Shown here in pieces: positions 36,901 through 49,300 of a DNA stretch of 64,000 nt. The notes beneath the pieces were generated by a model, which had not been told where the DNA came from, did not search any database, and saw only the letters and a program-made list of their open reading frames with translations. Position 1 is the stretch's first letter; each line of letters starts with the position of its first letter. A program made the position numbers and the translations under genes. The DNA comes from Vitrella brassicaformis CCMP3155 (lineage: Eukaryota > Protista > Chromerida), in the NCBI GenBank assembly GCA_001179505.1, contig CDMY01001057.1, positions 62,001 through 126,000 of the forward strand, in the 5' to 3' direction.

Positions 36901-38390
36901 GAGTCTGAATCGTCCTGGGCGACATTTGTGCGATCAAATGGCTCCCTGGATTGATAGATGACCAGGAGACAAGACTATTGTTGCTTGATGTATGCTTTGT
37001 CGCTCACTCGTCGATTTCGATGATGATATCGGCCAGGCCCTCCCGACTGTTCGCCGCCACCATAATCTGATTGAACCCAGCATTTCTCGCAAACACCTGC
37101 ATGGATGGCACAGGTCATGAAAGAAGCAGATAGTCACTGCAAGTCGACTGCGAATCGTACCAGGTCAACGGCAATGAACTGGTTCGTGCCCGCTTCGATG
37201 GTGTTGGTCACGTTGTCAGACCTGAACGGCAAGCCTTGGGCGGTGATGTACGGGAAGAAAGGGCAAAAAAACAAAGGCAGCTGCTCCGTGGCAAAGGCTG
37301 TAAGGAAGAGAAGATGTCAAAGAGCCGATGATGCAACTCTCAAGCGCACGTACGTTCCTCAGCAGCTCTGTGACGGTCATATTGCCCCGATCGGCCATTG
37401 CCCTGAAAACCCGAAAAAAGCATTCTATTGACATTCAGTGAACAGTTTCCATCTCACCGTCTTGCCGTGCGCCTCATCCTTGTCCTGCCCCCCGCCATCA
37501 TCGCCCGGGGGCTCAGGCACTTTCCGTGACAGAAGGCCGCTCTCCACATCACGAGGGCTCCGGCGAGCGTCTGCAGCTACACAGATGACATGTAGGCTGC
37601 TAATGGACAGCCCAAACACATAGAGACGCCACATCGACTTCATGACCGTTGCTGGCCGTTTCCACACTGTACAGCCTGACAGGTCAGCTGGATGAAGGCC
37701 CTTGTTGTACTGTTTGCCACACTTTCTGGCGCTCTGCTCGGCAGAGCCCGACCAGCCAGCAGCGGATGGGAGGGCGACGGGACGCGGCGAGGTGTGCTGA
37801 GGCTCCGGCAGGAGGTGTGCAACTGCGACAATATCACTCTGCGCAGCTCGGAGCCCCTCGCCAGGTCATCGTCTGCTGTGCGGGCGGTGCTCTCCAGCCC
37901 CGTGTGCTCTGTCGACGGCCACACCTTCGCGAGCCTCTGTCTGGCGCTGTGCCAGGGAGCTGATGTGGATGAAGCTGACGTCACGGGGGAGGGATGCACT
38001 CACGGCATCACGGCCATCAGGTGAGCAGACTCAATAGGCGTGCCTCACTGTGTCATCGCCACGTGTGGTGTGTTGCAGGCGTCTGACGCCCCCTCCAGAC
38101 GGCCGGCTGCCGGCCGTCCTCAGCCGCAAAGGGTCCAACATGGCCTATCTCGGCAGAATCGACCGGACGACAGCACCACCAACACAACACTCAGCAGCGG
38201 TCTTTGACAAGCGTAGAGCTGCTCGGCCAGCGGGTGGATCATATCTCATACGAGGCCAAAGCGACGTCTACCTGCTCGATGACCGCACGGCGCCACTTGA
38301 GGGTGCGATGGCATGCCGATCGACGTCAGCTGATGGTGACGAGTGTGCCAATGCTAACGATCCTCAACACGTGACGGGGACATTCGCGAG
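30770..38390. repeat. Segmental duplication, copy 2
   Basis: Same gene order, orientation and exon sequences as 19290-27170. Confidence 0.9.
31127..37643 (-). CDS. Secreted six-repeat protein of unknown family, copy 2
   Basis: Signal peptide MKSMWRLYVFGLSISSLHVICVAA at 37643; the same A/B repeats (SSISGDADM, GCPVTQINPFDPTNNTEF, SSRSGDADIV); ends DDQTD* at 31127. Confidence 0.7.
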
Positions 38391-39567
38391 ACGCCAGAAC
38401 AACACCTCTCAACAGGAGCAGGCGTGTCCGGAGACATCAAGCCGCCGAGACGATGATGAAGCGGCCCTCCCAGAGCACTGCTTCGACCCCGACGACCGAG
38501 AGAGAGTGGACTCCACACAAATGCCCTGGAAGGCAGTCGGCCTGCTGCGGCTTCCCAAATTGGACCAGGGCGAAGTGGTCAACTGCACCGGCAACATCGT
38601 GTTCGGCACTTACGTGCTGACTAATGCCCACTGCCTGATAGACAAACAAGGTAAGCGAAGGCATGTTTTACACGACCGATCTTCACGTTGCATGTGTATG
38701 AGTGAGTGCAGACAACTGGATTTTCTCGCCGGGCACTGGCGAGTTTTGCGCCGGCTATGATGCCGAGAAGGTTTTCGACTGCGTGAAGGTCCTGGAAGCC
38801 AGCGTCTTCTTGCCGTGGGTGTTTGAGCCGTCTGGCCGTGAGGAAGAAGCCGCCTATGACTTCGCCCTCGTGAAACTGGAGAGGAATTCTGTTGACGGCT
38901 TCGATTTCGACATCGGGTCCTTCTGCGACGAGATACGCCCTATCGGCGCGATACAGGGGTTTGAGTTCGCCGGGTGGGCATACAGGCACAGACTTAATGC
39001 GGTAGGTGATTGCGTGGGTAACGCGCTGCATGTGTGATGGTGCGTGCAGGTATCCTGAGGACAAGGACACGGAAGAAGTCAGACAAGCAATGTGGAGGGT
39101 GCCTCCGGTCAATCAGTTTGAGCCTCCCGAGACCTCAACCATCTTCATTTTCCCTGAATGCGACGAGGTGCGGCGTGGCAACGGCTTCTCACGGCTGTTG
39201 CACTATGCAGACATCGGTGAGCAGAAGAGATGGGCACACACTGTCAGCCGTGTCTCATTCTCTCCTTCGTTTCTCCGCATGTGTTGGGCAGATGAAGGCA
39301 ACTCTGGCAGGTACTACATACAGATGCACGTCATTTGTGGCAGCCGAGACGCGCACTGTCCAACTGTCTGTCTGTCTGTCTGTCTGTATTATCAGTGGCA
39401 TGTGGCTGGATGCCTCCGCTGATGATGACGAAGGTCGTCGCGTAATTGTGGCCCTGCAGAGCGGCAGAAGCAGGCAGGGGACCAAGGTCAACTTCGCCAC
39501 AGAGATGACGCCGCGGGCCATTGACGTCATCAAGTACTGGCGAGATGTGATGGACGAGGGGGGGTGA
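37692..39567 (+). CDS. Secreted Kazal-domain plus V8/glutamyl-endopeptidase-like (S1B-type) serine protease; exons 37692-38020, 38079-38650, 38712-38973, 39050-39216, 39292-39310, 39396-39567
   Basis: DDRERVDSTQMPWKAVGLL; CTGNIVFGTYVLTNAHC (His); YDFALVKL (Asp); GYPEDK; spliced HYADIDEGNSGSGMW (Ser); VIVALQSG. All splice phases are compatible. Confidence 0.88.
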
Positions 39568-39993
39568 TCAAAAACGTCACATGTGATATAATTAATGCGG
39601 TCGTTCACTCAATGTGGTGAAGGCGCCAAGTCGCAGCTGCCTCGTACTACTCTCTTGTGGAATGCGATGGAGAAAGTCGACACATTTTGTCGTGCGTGTG
39701 TGTCAAGTGTTGATACCGGCACGCACACACGAAAACAGGGACGAATGCGTGAATGGACTTTTTTCCTCTCAATCCACTAGTGAGACATACAGACGCACGA
39801 ATTCATCTCAGCTCGCTGACAAGCTTTTCTAGCCTCACCCAGAGTGCCTTTAGCGGCAGATCAACATACAGAGTCCGAACCATAGGCCACATAGTACACA
39901 CAGCACACAATGCTGGCAAGCAGAATCCGAACGACTTGCCGGATGTACACACAGCACAGCATAAAAAGGCGGCTGAGCTGTCAACACAAAGAG

Positions 39994-40783
39994 CTAGTTG
40001 CTCATGTCCCTCACTTGCTGGTGCCGCAAGCACCCCACAGTGTGGTCGTTCACCATACCTACCGCCTGCATGAACGCATACATTATCTTCGGTCCCGCAT
40101 ACTTCATTCCCTTCTTCTTGAGCGCGGCGCTCATCTCCTTGCTGACCGCCGTCTCGCACGGCACCTCCGACAACTTCTTGTAAGCATTCTGGACCGGCTT
40201 GTCGCCGACAAAGCTCCACAGGTAGGCCGCCAAGCTCCCATGCTCCTTCTGGATGCTCTGAGCCGCCTTGGCGTTGGCCACAAAGGCATCCAGCTTGGCC
40301 CTGCTGCGGATAATGGACGCGTCTTGGAGGGCCGCTTCGATTTCAGCGCCGGACATGGCTGCCACCTTGTCGATGTCGAAGGCGTGAAAGCGGGCGCGGA
40401 AGGCATCTCGCTTCTTGAGGACGGTCAGCCAGCTGAGACCAGCCTGGGCCCCTTCCAGGCACACCACTGCATCCATCGGACACAGAGAGAAAGCGCCAGT
40501 GCAAGTGACGATAGCACCGACCCGTTGACGTGCATGCCTGTGGCCTACTCTCAAAGAGATGTTGATCGTCCCGCGAGGGCACTCCCCACTCCTCATCGTG
40601 ATAGGCATTGTACAGAGCATCATTGCCAGTCAGCCAGTCACATCGCCTCCTGCCGTCTTTCGCGCCATCTGCACCAGCTGCTGCCGCCCTGCCTTTCGAC
40701 GCCTTTGCTGACTTTGCAGGCGGCTCCTCACCAGCAGCAGCGGCTCCTTCGCCCTTGAGGGCGCTCTTGCGCTTGGTTGCCAT
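39994..40783 (-). CDS. tag: DNA-3-methyladenine glycosylase I (one intron, 40467-40548)
   Basis: RCDW...YNAYHDEEWGVP..DDQHLFE|MVCLEGAQAGLSWLTVLKKR...YAFMQAVGMVNDHTVGC, with the Zn-binding Cys/His residues at both ends. Confidence 0.95.
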
Positions 40784-40957
40784 CGTCCTGCACCGGTGAT
40801 TGGGCTGGAAGTGACGGAGTGATTGAGATCTTGTCCAAAGGCCCGTGACAAAGCAGATCTGGACCGCGTGTAGCATCGACGTTGTAGCATCCCATTCAAT
40901 TTGAGCGCGCAGATCTGCGAGCTAAGCCCGCATGGACAGACTGTGTTGGACGAAGCC

Positions 40958-43710
40958 ATGACGCGTGCCAGACGCCGATCTCTGGGCAGGGCTCTCCTTT
41001 CTACCTTGCTGCTCCACCTTCTCATCTCTCATTCCATCGGCGCCTCGCTCCCATCTCGGCGGCCGCAGACACTCACCTACGTGCGCGTCAGCCGCTCCCC
41101 TCTATATGCGTCGCAGAGGCGGCCACCACCGACTGATGGGATGGCAGATGGGCAAAGGACGGTTCCCGAGGGAGGCAGATCTGGGCTTGTTATGAAGGCG
41201 CCTGTGGAGAATAAGGATGTGCTCAGAGAGGGGCTGGCTGTGGGAGGCGGCATTTTAATGGGCATGATGGCTGCAAGTGGACCTGCTGCTGCAGCCGGAC
41301 TGACACAGGTGCGCATGATTGCATGCAGGCCGCACCGACACATGCGCTGTTCTGTTGGTCCAGATGCCTTTGTCGCAGACCGACCAGTTTCCTCTGGACT
41401 TCAGCGAGCCCTTCATCCTCGCGGGCACGACCATCGTCGGCTCGGCACTCATCTTCGCCGCTGCCGTGGCCGTCAGATACGCGCAGATACAGAACGAGCG
41501 AGCGACGCTTCAAGAGCAGCAGCAGCAGCAGCAGCAACAGCAGCCCATCAAGGTGGCTGAGGAAACGGCGGCATCCACCACCCCGCCGCCCCCAGCAGCG
41601 GGTGGAGCCGAGGTCATTGCACCACCGCCGCAGGAGGCTGCTAATGAGAGCGTCGAGGTGCCCCCTGCACTCATGAAGGCTGCACAACAAGAAGAGTCAG
41701 CCCCATGGGTCGAGCCCGAGACCCCCCCTCCCCCGCCCCTGAAAAAGCTCGAGGCCAAGAAAGAGCCGTCTGCGCCAGTCACATCAGCCCCCGAGTCACC
41801 CCGTACAGCAGCTCAGACACCACCCACAGCTGTGCAGCCTCCCGAGCCCATTGCTGAGCCACCCGCAGCGCCACCAGCGGGCGCCAAAGTCGCTGTTGCG
41901 GGTGAGGGCGCCTATGTGATGGATGCGGATCGCGCCAAGTGGGAGCGTTGGTCGAGGCTGAGCGAGGAGGAGGTGCAGGCGGAGATGGAGAGGGAAATGC
42001 AGGAGGAAGAGGAGGCCGAGCAGAGGCGGAGAGAGGACCTCGCCAAAGTGGAGGCACAAGTGGTGAGCGAAACATACACAGACAGTGAGTGGGTGGGCCG
42101 GTTGGACGGGGGCATACATTTGTGGCATCTGTTGCTGTCTGTTGTGTGTCGATCAGAAACCTTACAAGATCGACATGATGAACCGGGGCCGGGCAGAGAT
42201 TCAACAGAGGTCGGACACAGCCACATTCCTACGCACACGCAAGGCAAATGTAACGCTTTCGTATCCCCTTTCTTGGGAGCGATGGCAGAGCACGTGACGA
42301 GGTCGTTTCCCATGCCAAGAAGGTCGAGAGCTGAATGGCACAAATGCACCAATCAATCGCTGCTCACGTTTCTTGTTTCCATCGCACTCAGGTGGTCAGG
42401 GATCACTTTGACGCCAGGATGGATGAACACTTGAGGCGAAAAGAAGAAGAAGGGCAGGAGGAGGCCCCGCCGCCAGTGCTGGCCTTCATCCCACCTAAGC
42501 CGACCTTCTCAAGGATGGACGTGCCAGTCAGCGAAACGGTGAGCCCTCACAACTGGAAAGTGCCCGCCCCCATCCGTCACTCGCGGTATCATTTGCTGCT
42601 CGCCTTGCCTTCAGGTGGAGACAGAGGCGAGGAGCAGCTTCCCCCTCGTCCGCACCAAGAGCGAAGAGCCACAAGACACGCAAGAGGCGCACGGTGCCGC
42701 TGCTGCCGCACTGGACAGCCACACGACCGACACCACTCTGGCCATCGGCCCCACCCACGTCGACACCCCCCCTCCCCCTGGCCGTGCATTCGCCGAGCCG
42801 TCATCCTTCCCCTCGTCTGGTCAGCAGCAGCCCGGCAGCTGGCTGGATCTGCCCGGCCCACCTGACGGCATGAAGGTCATGCGCACCACCGACGCGGGCG
42901 ATCTGCTGCCGGCCTCTGAGCTGCCCATTCCTGAGGAGATGCAGCAGCGTGGGCAAGGAGAGGGGCAGGGTGAGGCATTCGACGCGAGCAGGATGGAGGT
43001 GGAGGTGGTTCCGCGAGATGAGGTGGAGCGGCGTAAGGTGGTCGAGCGGCGGCGGCGCATGGAGTTCGAAAACCCGCCGCCATTTGCCATGGACATGCTG
43101 CTGCCGACCCAAGAGACAGAAGTCAGTGAGCCGATCACTGATACACACATCCGCAAATTACCTGCACAAAGGTCGTGTTGTGGTTGGTTGGCTGTCAGGT
43201 GAGTGAGGAGGAGCAGCAGCGGCGAGATGCCCTTCAGCAACTGAAGGACTCACTTCACACCACCATAGGCCAGCCAGCAAACAGCGCACAGCCAGAGGGC
43301 GGCTCGGCCCACCTGGACCGTGAGGCTCCCACAGTCACACTGCCCCAACAGAAGGAGGCCACGAGGGAGACCGATCGAGGGAGGGCGGCTGACAAGGGGG
43401 ATGGAGAGGAGGGAGGGGCATCAGCGAGGGGGGTGGGCGGGGAGATCAAGATCGTGGGACCACACAGCTCACTACAAGAGGTACGTCCGTTCAGGCTTCA
43501 CAATCAATGGATGTGGCAACGCTGGCATGGTCTCTTGTGAATGTCTGTGTCTGTCTGTCTGTCTGTCTGTGTGTGTGTGCATGTGTCTGTTGTGTCCGTC
43601 AGGGTTATGTGGGTCGCGTAGCCAAGGAGACGTCAGCCCGGTGGTACTTCGAGACCGGCCAGTTCGTGGCAAAAGACAAGGAGTCAGCACAATGGGAGTG
43701 GCAGGCGTGA
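40958..43710 (+). CDS. Unknown, probably plastid/thylakoid-targeted single-pass protein with Pro/Glu/Gln-rich body and a short beta-rich C-terminal domain
   Basis: Hydrophobic N-terminus (GRALLSTLLLHLLISHSIGA), basic transit-like stretch, second hydrophobic patch ending GPAAAA, TM segment FILAGTTIVGSALIFAAAVAV, polyQ. The last exons give EIKIVGPHSSLQE|GYVGRVAKETSARWYFETGQFVAKDKESAQWEWQA*. Confidence 0.6.
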
Positions 43711-44096
43711 AGCAGACACCGACACATAGGCAGACAGACAGACAGACATGATTTAGTCCCAGCTGACACACACATGGATAGGACAATGAGCAGAGGGCGG
43801 TGCACATATGACGTTCCGTCATCATGATGATGTGTTTTTTGGCGTATGCGTCTCGACGGGTAGAGAGATAGATAGATTGACAATGCGTAGAAGACCACCC
43901 ATCCATCCCTTTTGCGATGTGCTGGCCGTGTGGCCAGGTGTCCTTTTCTGAGTGACACCACGGCATGCGTTTGCTGGATAGACCGACAGACTCTGCTGGT
44001 AAGACGCACCCCCTAGGTCAGGGTTTCAACCCCGCGGGTTTTGGCAAACCCAGCTGTTCCTCCACTCTGCAGAGAACCTCTCTCTCCCCCATAACA

Positions 44097-45960
44097 ATGG
44101 AGGCGAGGCGGCGCTTTGCGATGCTGCTGCCTGGGTGGATGGTGCTGCTGTACGCCTCAGTAGCGAATGCAGACTCACTGGCGCTGCAGGTGCAGATGGC
44201 AGGTCAGGCGGGGTTGTGGATAGCCATGGCTGCGGGAGGGCTGGCAGGAGGACTGCATGCCGTCACAGGTAGGGTGGCACATCACCTGATAGATAAAATA
44301 GATCACCGAGATGCGAGTGATACGCTGTAAGGCTGTTGTGTGCCTTGTGTGGCCAGGCGCTGATCATCTGGGGGCGTTGCTGCCTTTGTGTGTGAACAAA
44401 CGGTGGTTCTCGTCGTTCTGGGTGGGATTCAACTGGGGATGCGGACACGGTGAGGCGCACACTCTGGCGATCCTCGTACGTGCTTTCTTTTCTTCTCTGT
44501 CGATTCTAGGTATCGGTGCTGCGCTGCTGGGTGCCCTCGCATACCTCCTCAAAGATCAGCTGGCGGTGCAGGTCTTCTCCGAGTAAACAATCATACGCAG
44601 CAAATAATCGCTCTCTCAGAGAAGAGGAATCGCCACGCGATTCAATGGTTGTGGCTGGTGTGTGTGTGGGCCTCAGCTACATGGATTTTGCCGTCGGTAC
44701 CATCCTGATTATCATCGGTCTGATCGGCATCATGACTGCACGGCAGTGGGAATACGAGATGCAGCAGAGGAAGGTGAGATAATGGAGATAGGCAAGCACC
44801 ACGCACTGCAGCGATGGCAGCGGATGTGATGATATCCTTTCGTCCTTCCTCCCTCCCCTTTTGATTCAGCGTGACCCCGAGAGCGCACTGACGGGCGTGG
44901 CCTCCACATCCACACCTCTCACCGACTCGGACGGTGAGCTTGACGGCCCCCGCAAGCACCACACCGACGGCCTCCCCACCGCCCCCATGACAGAGATGCA
45001 TCGAGTGAGTGTATGGGTGTGGGTGTGTCGTTGTAGGCAAGGACAAGGGGAGGCAGGACCACACTGAGGCAGCAAAGACCAACGGGGTAAGTATCTCATG
45101 ACCTCGTTCTCTCTCTCTCTCTCTCTCTCCCTCTCTCTGTCTGTGTGGATGGCTATATGTGTGGTCGTGTGTGTGCTGGATGGATGGGTACAGGCGTATG
45201 GAGCGGCTGACGGGTCGGGGCTGCAGGACACATCGGCAGCGGTAGCGGAAGACACAGCGATGCTGTCGAAGGAGGGCCAGGAGTCCAGCTCAAGTCATGA
45301 TCCCAATGCTGCCGTCAGGTGGGCACCGCAAGAAAGCCTGCCTTGCTGTGCACACACACACACACACACACACCCAATGCGCGCATGTGTGTTTTTCTCA
45401 GAATTGGATCGACATTGAGTGTGGCGACGATAGGGACTGGGATAGTGCATGGCATCTCGGGAAGCGGACACTTCCTGGGCGTCCTCCCGGCACTCACCCT
45501 GCCCTCGTGGTCAGCCCATCACATGGAGTGGCGGGCGGCATATGTATTGTGTGATGATGAACATCGATCATCAGGGCCACATCAGCGGCTTATTTAGTGG
45601 CGTTCTGCCTCGGTTGCTGCGTGTCGATGAGTGCATTCACCTCCATCATCGGAGAGGTGAGCTCAGCCGGCGATCGACACATGCACGAGTGCCCGTATTG
45701 TGACCCTTTTTCTCCGTGTGTGTGTGTGTGCATCATCAGACGAGTGTCCGGCTGCGCCGCAATTTCAACCGGCCGGACCTTCCCGCAAAGCTCTCCTACA
45801 TCACTTCAGGTCAGGAAGGAAGGAGAAAGCGATTCTCATTGACACACACATTCGATTGGCCACTCCACGTGTGTCTGTGTGTGCAGGGATAGCCATAACG
45901 ATTGGGTGCATATGGCTGCTGAAGGCCATCATCGTCGGCACACATATGCTGCTGCTGTGA
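44097..45960 (+). CDS. NicO/DsbD_2-type multi-pass membrane protein (high-affinity Ni-transport family; plant CGF-like)
   Basis: GGLAGGLHAVT|GADHLGALLPL...GFNWGCGHG; GIVHGISGSGHFLGVLPAL; AAYLVAFCLG..VSMSAFTSIIGE; GIAITIGCIWLL. Confidence 0.8.
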
Positions 45961-46380
45961 TGATGGTCTATGTGTGCGTGGGTGCTCGAGGGGCGGAGGG
46001 ATGGATGGAGGGATGGAGGGGGACGGATTTTGATGAGGTTTTGTGGGCGGTTGGTTGTGAAGTGTGTGTCGTATGTGTGCGTGAGTGTGTGTTTGTGTGT
46101 GGTCACGATTTATGTTGCCATTCCAAACCAGCTCGATCGTGTGTGTACAGGACAGAGCTGCTTTTTGGTGGCCGCACGGACGGGGCACAAAGCCTGGATG
46201 CGTAATGACTGAATATGCATGAAGGCACGAATCGATCCACCCAGACGCTCATTCACACACATCCAGGGATCTATCCATCGGCAATCAATAAGGCAGCTAC
46301 TGTCCTTCCCCCACCCCCCCACTGACCCACTCGATGTACCCACTCACAGTATGGCATATCAATCCCACGTATGGATTCGA

Positions 46381-49300
46381 TCAGAGCGCCACAGCAATGG
46401 CCGTGACGTCGTCTACCGTCCTGTTGTAAGAATTGTCAGCCCACTGCTGCCGACTCTCAGCACACACCTAACGAGGGAATGAACGCCATACACACACACA
46501 CACACTCCCGGGTGCTTTGTGTGTATTGGGGTGGGGTATGCGATTGTGTGCTGTACCTGGTGTATGGCTGAGACGCCCCCCTGCAGCAGCTGCACAGCGA
46601 CGTGTTCAGGCGAGCAGAATACCCACAGGCCGTCCGTCCCCAACACCAACATCGACTCACTACTATCCCTGCGACACACACCAACAACAACAACACACAC
46701 GCGCACAGGCATGAGTGAGAAATCAGTGGGTGTGGGCGTGGTGCTGGTGTGCCACTTGAGGGGGTAGCATGCTATCTCAGGCTCGTGCGTCACGCCGCAA
46801 CGGGTGGCTGATGGACCAAGGAGAGAGGGAATCCCACACATTCCCTCTGCATGCACGCCTCTGTGTCGGTTGGCTTATACCTGCAGTGTCTCCGAACGCT
46901 CGCGTGACGGCGAGAGCAGGGCCTGGACTGCCTGCAGAACCACAAACACACACATCGCTCCTGTCCTCCCGCCCCTGTGTGTGTGTGTGTGTGAGTGACC
47001 CTTTCCGTATAGTCTCATGGCTCCCGTGTTCGAGGGCCGCACCTCACCACCACACTGACTCACACGCTCGGCCTCTGACACACATACAAACAGCCATGGT
47101 AGGGAAGCGAAGCCACAACCGGCCGTATGTGTGTGCTGTGTGTCGTATATAGCTCTGTGACACACCAGATTGCCGGTCTGGCTTGTGGTCCGATGTCAGC
47201 ACCGTCACGTTGTAAGAGGCTGCACAGGCGAGTCGAGTGGGGGGAAGCCATCCGCCGCAGAGAGTTCCGTGCCCAATGTGTCGTGAAATGACGGTTACGT
47301 ACCCCCTGCGTTGGCCTGTAGGTCTGAACCGCTATCAGTCGCTTTCCCACCTGCTGCTGCTGCTGCTGGCGACGCCGATACCAAGGCAGCCCTGACAACA
47401 CACACACACGGATGTAGGCACACACATGCACAGTGAGTCTGTCTCATTTACTTGGAATCGCCGACGTGTGCCGTCCAGAGGAATCGCGAGGCGTCCGGCG
47501 CACCACCATGGGCGGTGGCCAGCCGCCCGCCCCCGCCCGCATGGGCATGTGCCTCAGTTATCACAGCTACTACCGCTGTCGCACCTACATAGACACATAC
47601 ACAAACACACATCCGTCAGTCCCCTCAAGGGCACGGTTTGTGTGTCGTCTCCCCCCTCCCTGCGCACCGGAGTGTTTGTGGTCGAATGCCTGCTGTGCCA
47701 GATTGGCCTGTACCATGTTGAACGCCTTGCGGAAGGCCATACCGGGATCCACGCGGAACTCCGGCAGGCCAAGGATGCACTCTGATGACACACGGACACA
47801 ACACGTGAGGCACGACACATAGACACATGAATGGCGGGACACACGTGGCATGCCGAGAAATGGCGGCTTTATGTGTGTCCCCACCTGGCAGCGACTGTCG
47901 GACGAATGCAGCGCACTCCTGGCCGCACTGCCCATGGCCATCAAAGGCACCAAACAGCATCACACCATCAGTACTGAAGAAACGAACCAAACACACATCA
48001 GACAGACACTCACATTCCGTAAGTGGCGGCCATGAATGCGGTCGTACGTCTGCAGGAGGACGAAGTCGTCTTGGTTGGGCACATTGTCGTCGAGTCGCCT
48101 GCCCCTGGTGCACACCCACGCCAAACTGCGGCGCAGCAGCTCCACCGCACCGGACGGCTCCGCACGCACAGCCTTGGGCGCAAAGTCAGCCTGAACATAT
48201 CACTCCACTAGAGGACCTGTGTGTCGGTTGATGTGTTGTGAATGCGCTGACCTGCGGCTGTATGTCGAATTTGCCTTCGATGATGAACCGCAGTGGCGGC
48301 AGGTCAGTGGCTGCGATGGGCATGGTTGGAGCAGCGGTGGTGGTGGTGGTGGTTGGCGCAGTCTGCTCGTGTGTGTGTGTTGGCTGTGTCGGCATCGATG
48401 GAGGGGGGAGGGCCACTGACGCATCACCCACATCTGACACACACGATCCCAGACACGGGGGGACGGACGAATATTATCCTCATGTGATTCTTCTCTGTCC
48501 GTCCCACCGTGTGTATCATCCTCCTCGGCCGCTACACCAGCAGGGACGTCGCTAGCCCGCCCCTTCTTCCCCCTGCTGCCGCCCCTCCCCCCTCTCCCGA
48601 CACCCACACCCACACCCACAGGCCGCGACCCCTTGAAACCTCCCCTCGTGTGACTCGCATGGCTGACGCGCAGGTGCTCCTTGTCCTTCTTCCGGCCACC
48701 CCCAGTGCTCCTGCGATGGACCCCCGTCGGTCTGTCGTCGCCTATGCTGAGCTCCCGCAGTGACGAGTGGAGGTTGCTGCCCCCACCGGGCCCATGGAGG
48801 GATGGCGATGCTGCTGCGGGGCTCTGCGGGATGGACTGCGAGAGGGCGAGTTGGGCGCGGAGCGAGGATGAGGTGAGGCGCTCCAGCTCCAGGCTGCGGC
48901 GAAGCTCCTCGGCCTGACATGGACATGCCACCACAGCGTCAGTAGTTCTTCAGGGTGTTGTGGTGTGTTGCTGCTCTGGTGTGGTCACTGACCTCTGCTG
49001 CCAGTGAGAGTTTCTCTGTTTCCATGCGGCTGAGGCTCTTCTGCAAACGATCTAACTTGCCCTGCATCTGAACACACACACACAAAGACAGAAGTCGAGG
49101 AAGCGTATGGGCGTGGTCTATGCGTGATACCTCTGTGACGGCTTTCTCGATCTTGTCCCTCTTCTCCACTGCTGCCCTTCCCACCGCTACCTCCCCATCC
49201 CTCTCCCTCTCCCTCTCCGCCTGCGCCTTCCTCTCGCCAACTGCAGCCACAGCGGCAGCGGCAGCGGCAGCAGCAGGTGCCGCCCTCTCTTCCAATCTAC

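Noticed and set aside
37692-39567. Glu-specific cleavage of the neighbour's acidic linkers by the protease
   Set aside because: Attractive, but the V8-type S1 residues (Thr190/His213 equivalents) appear replaced by Ile and Gln, so Glu specificity is unsupported.
43440-43710. Assigning the C-terminal domain to NdhS or PsaE
   Set aside because: The resemblance is only a general pattern; no diagnostic motif could be confirmed without a profile search.
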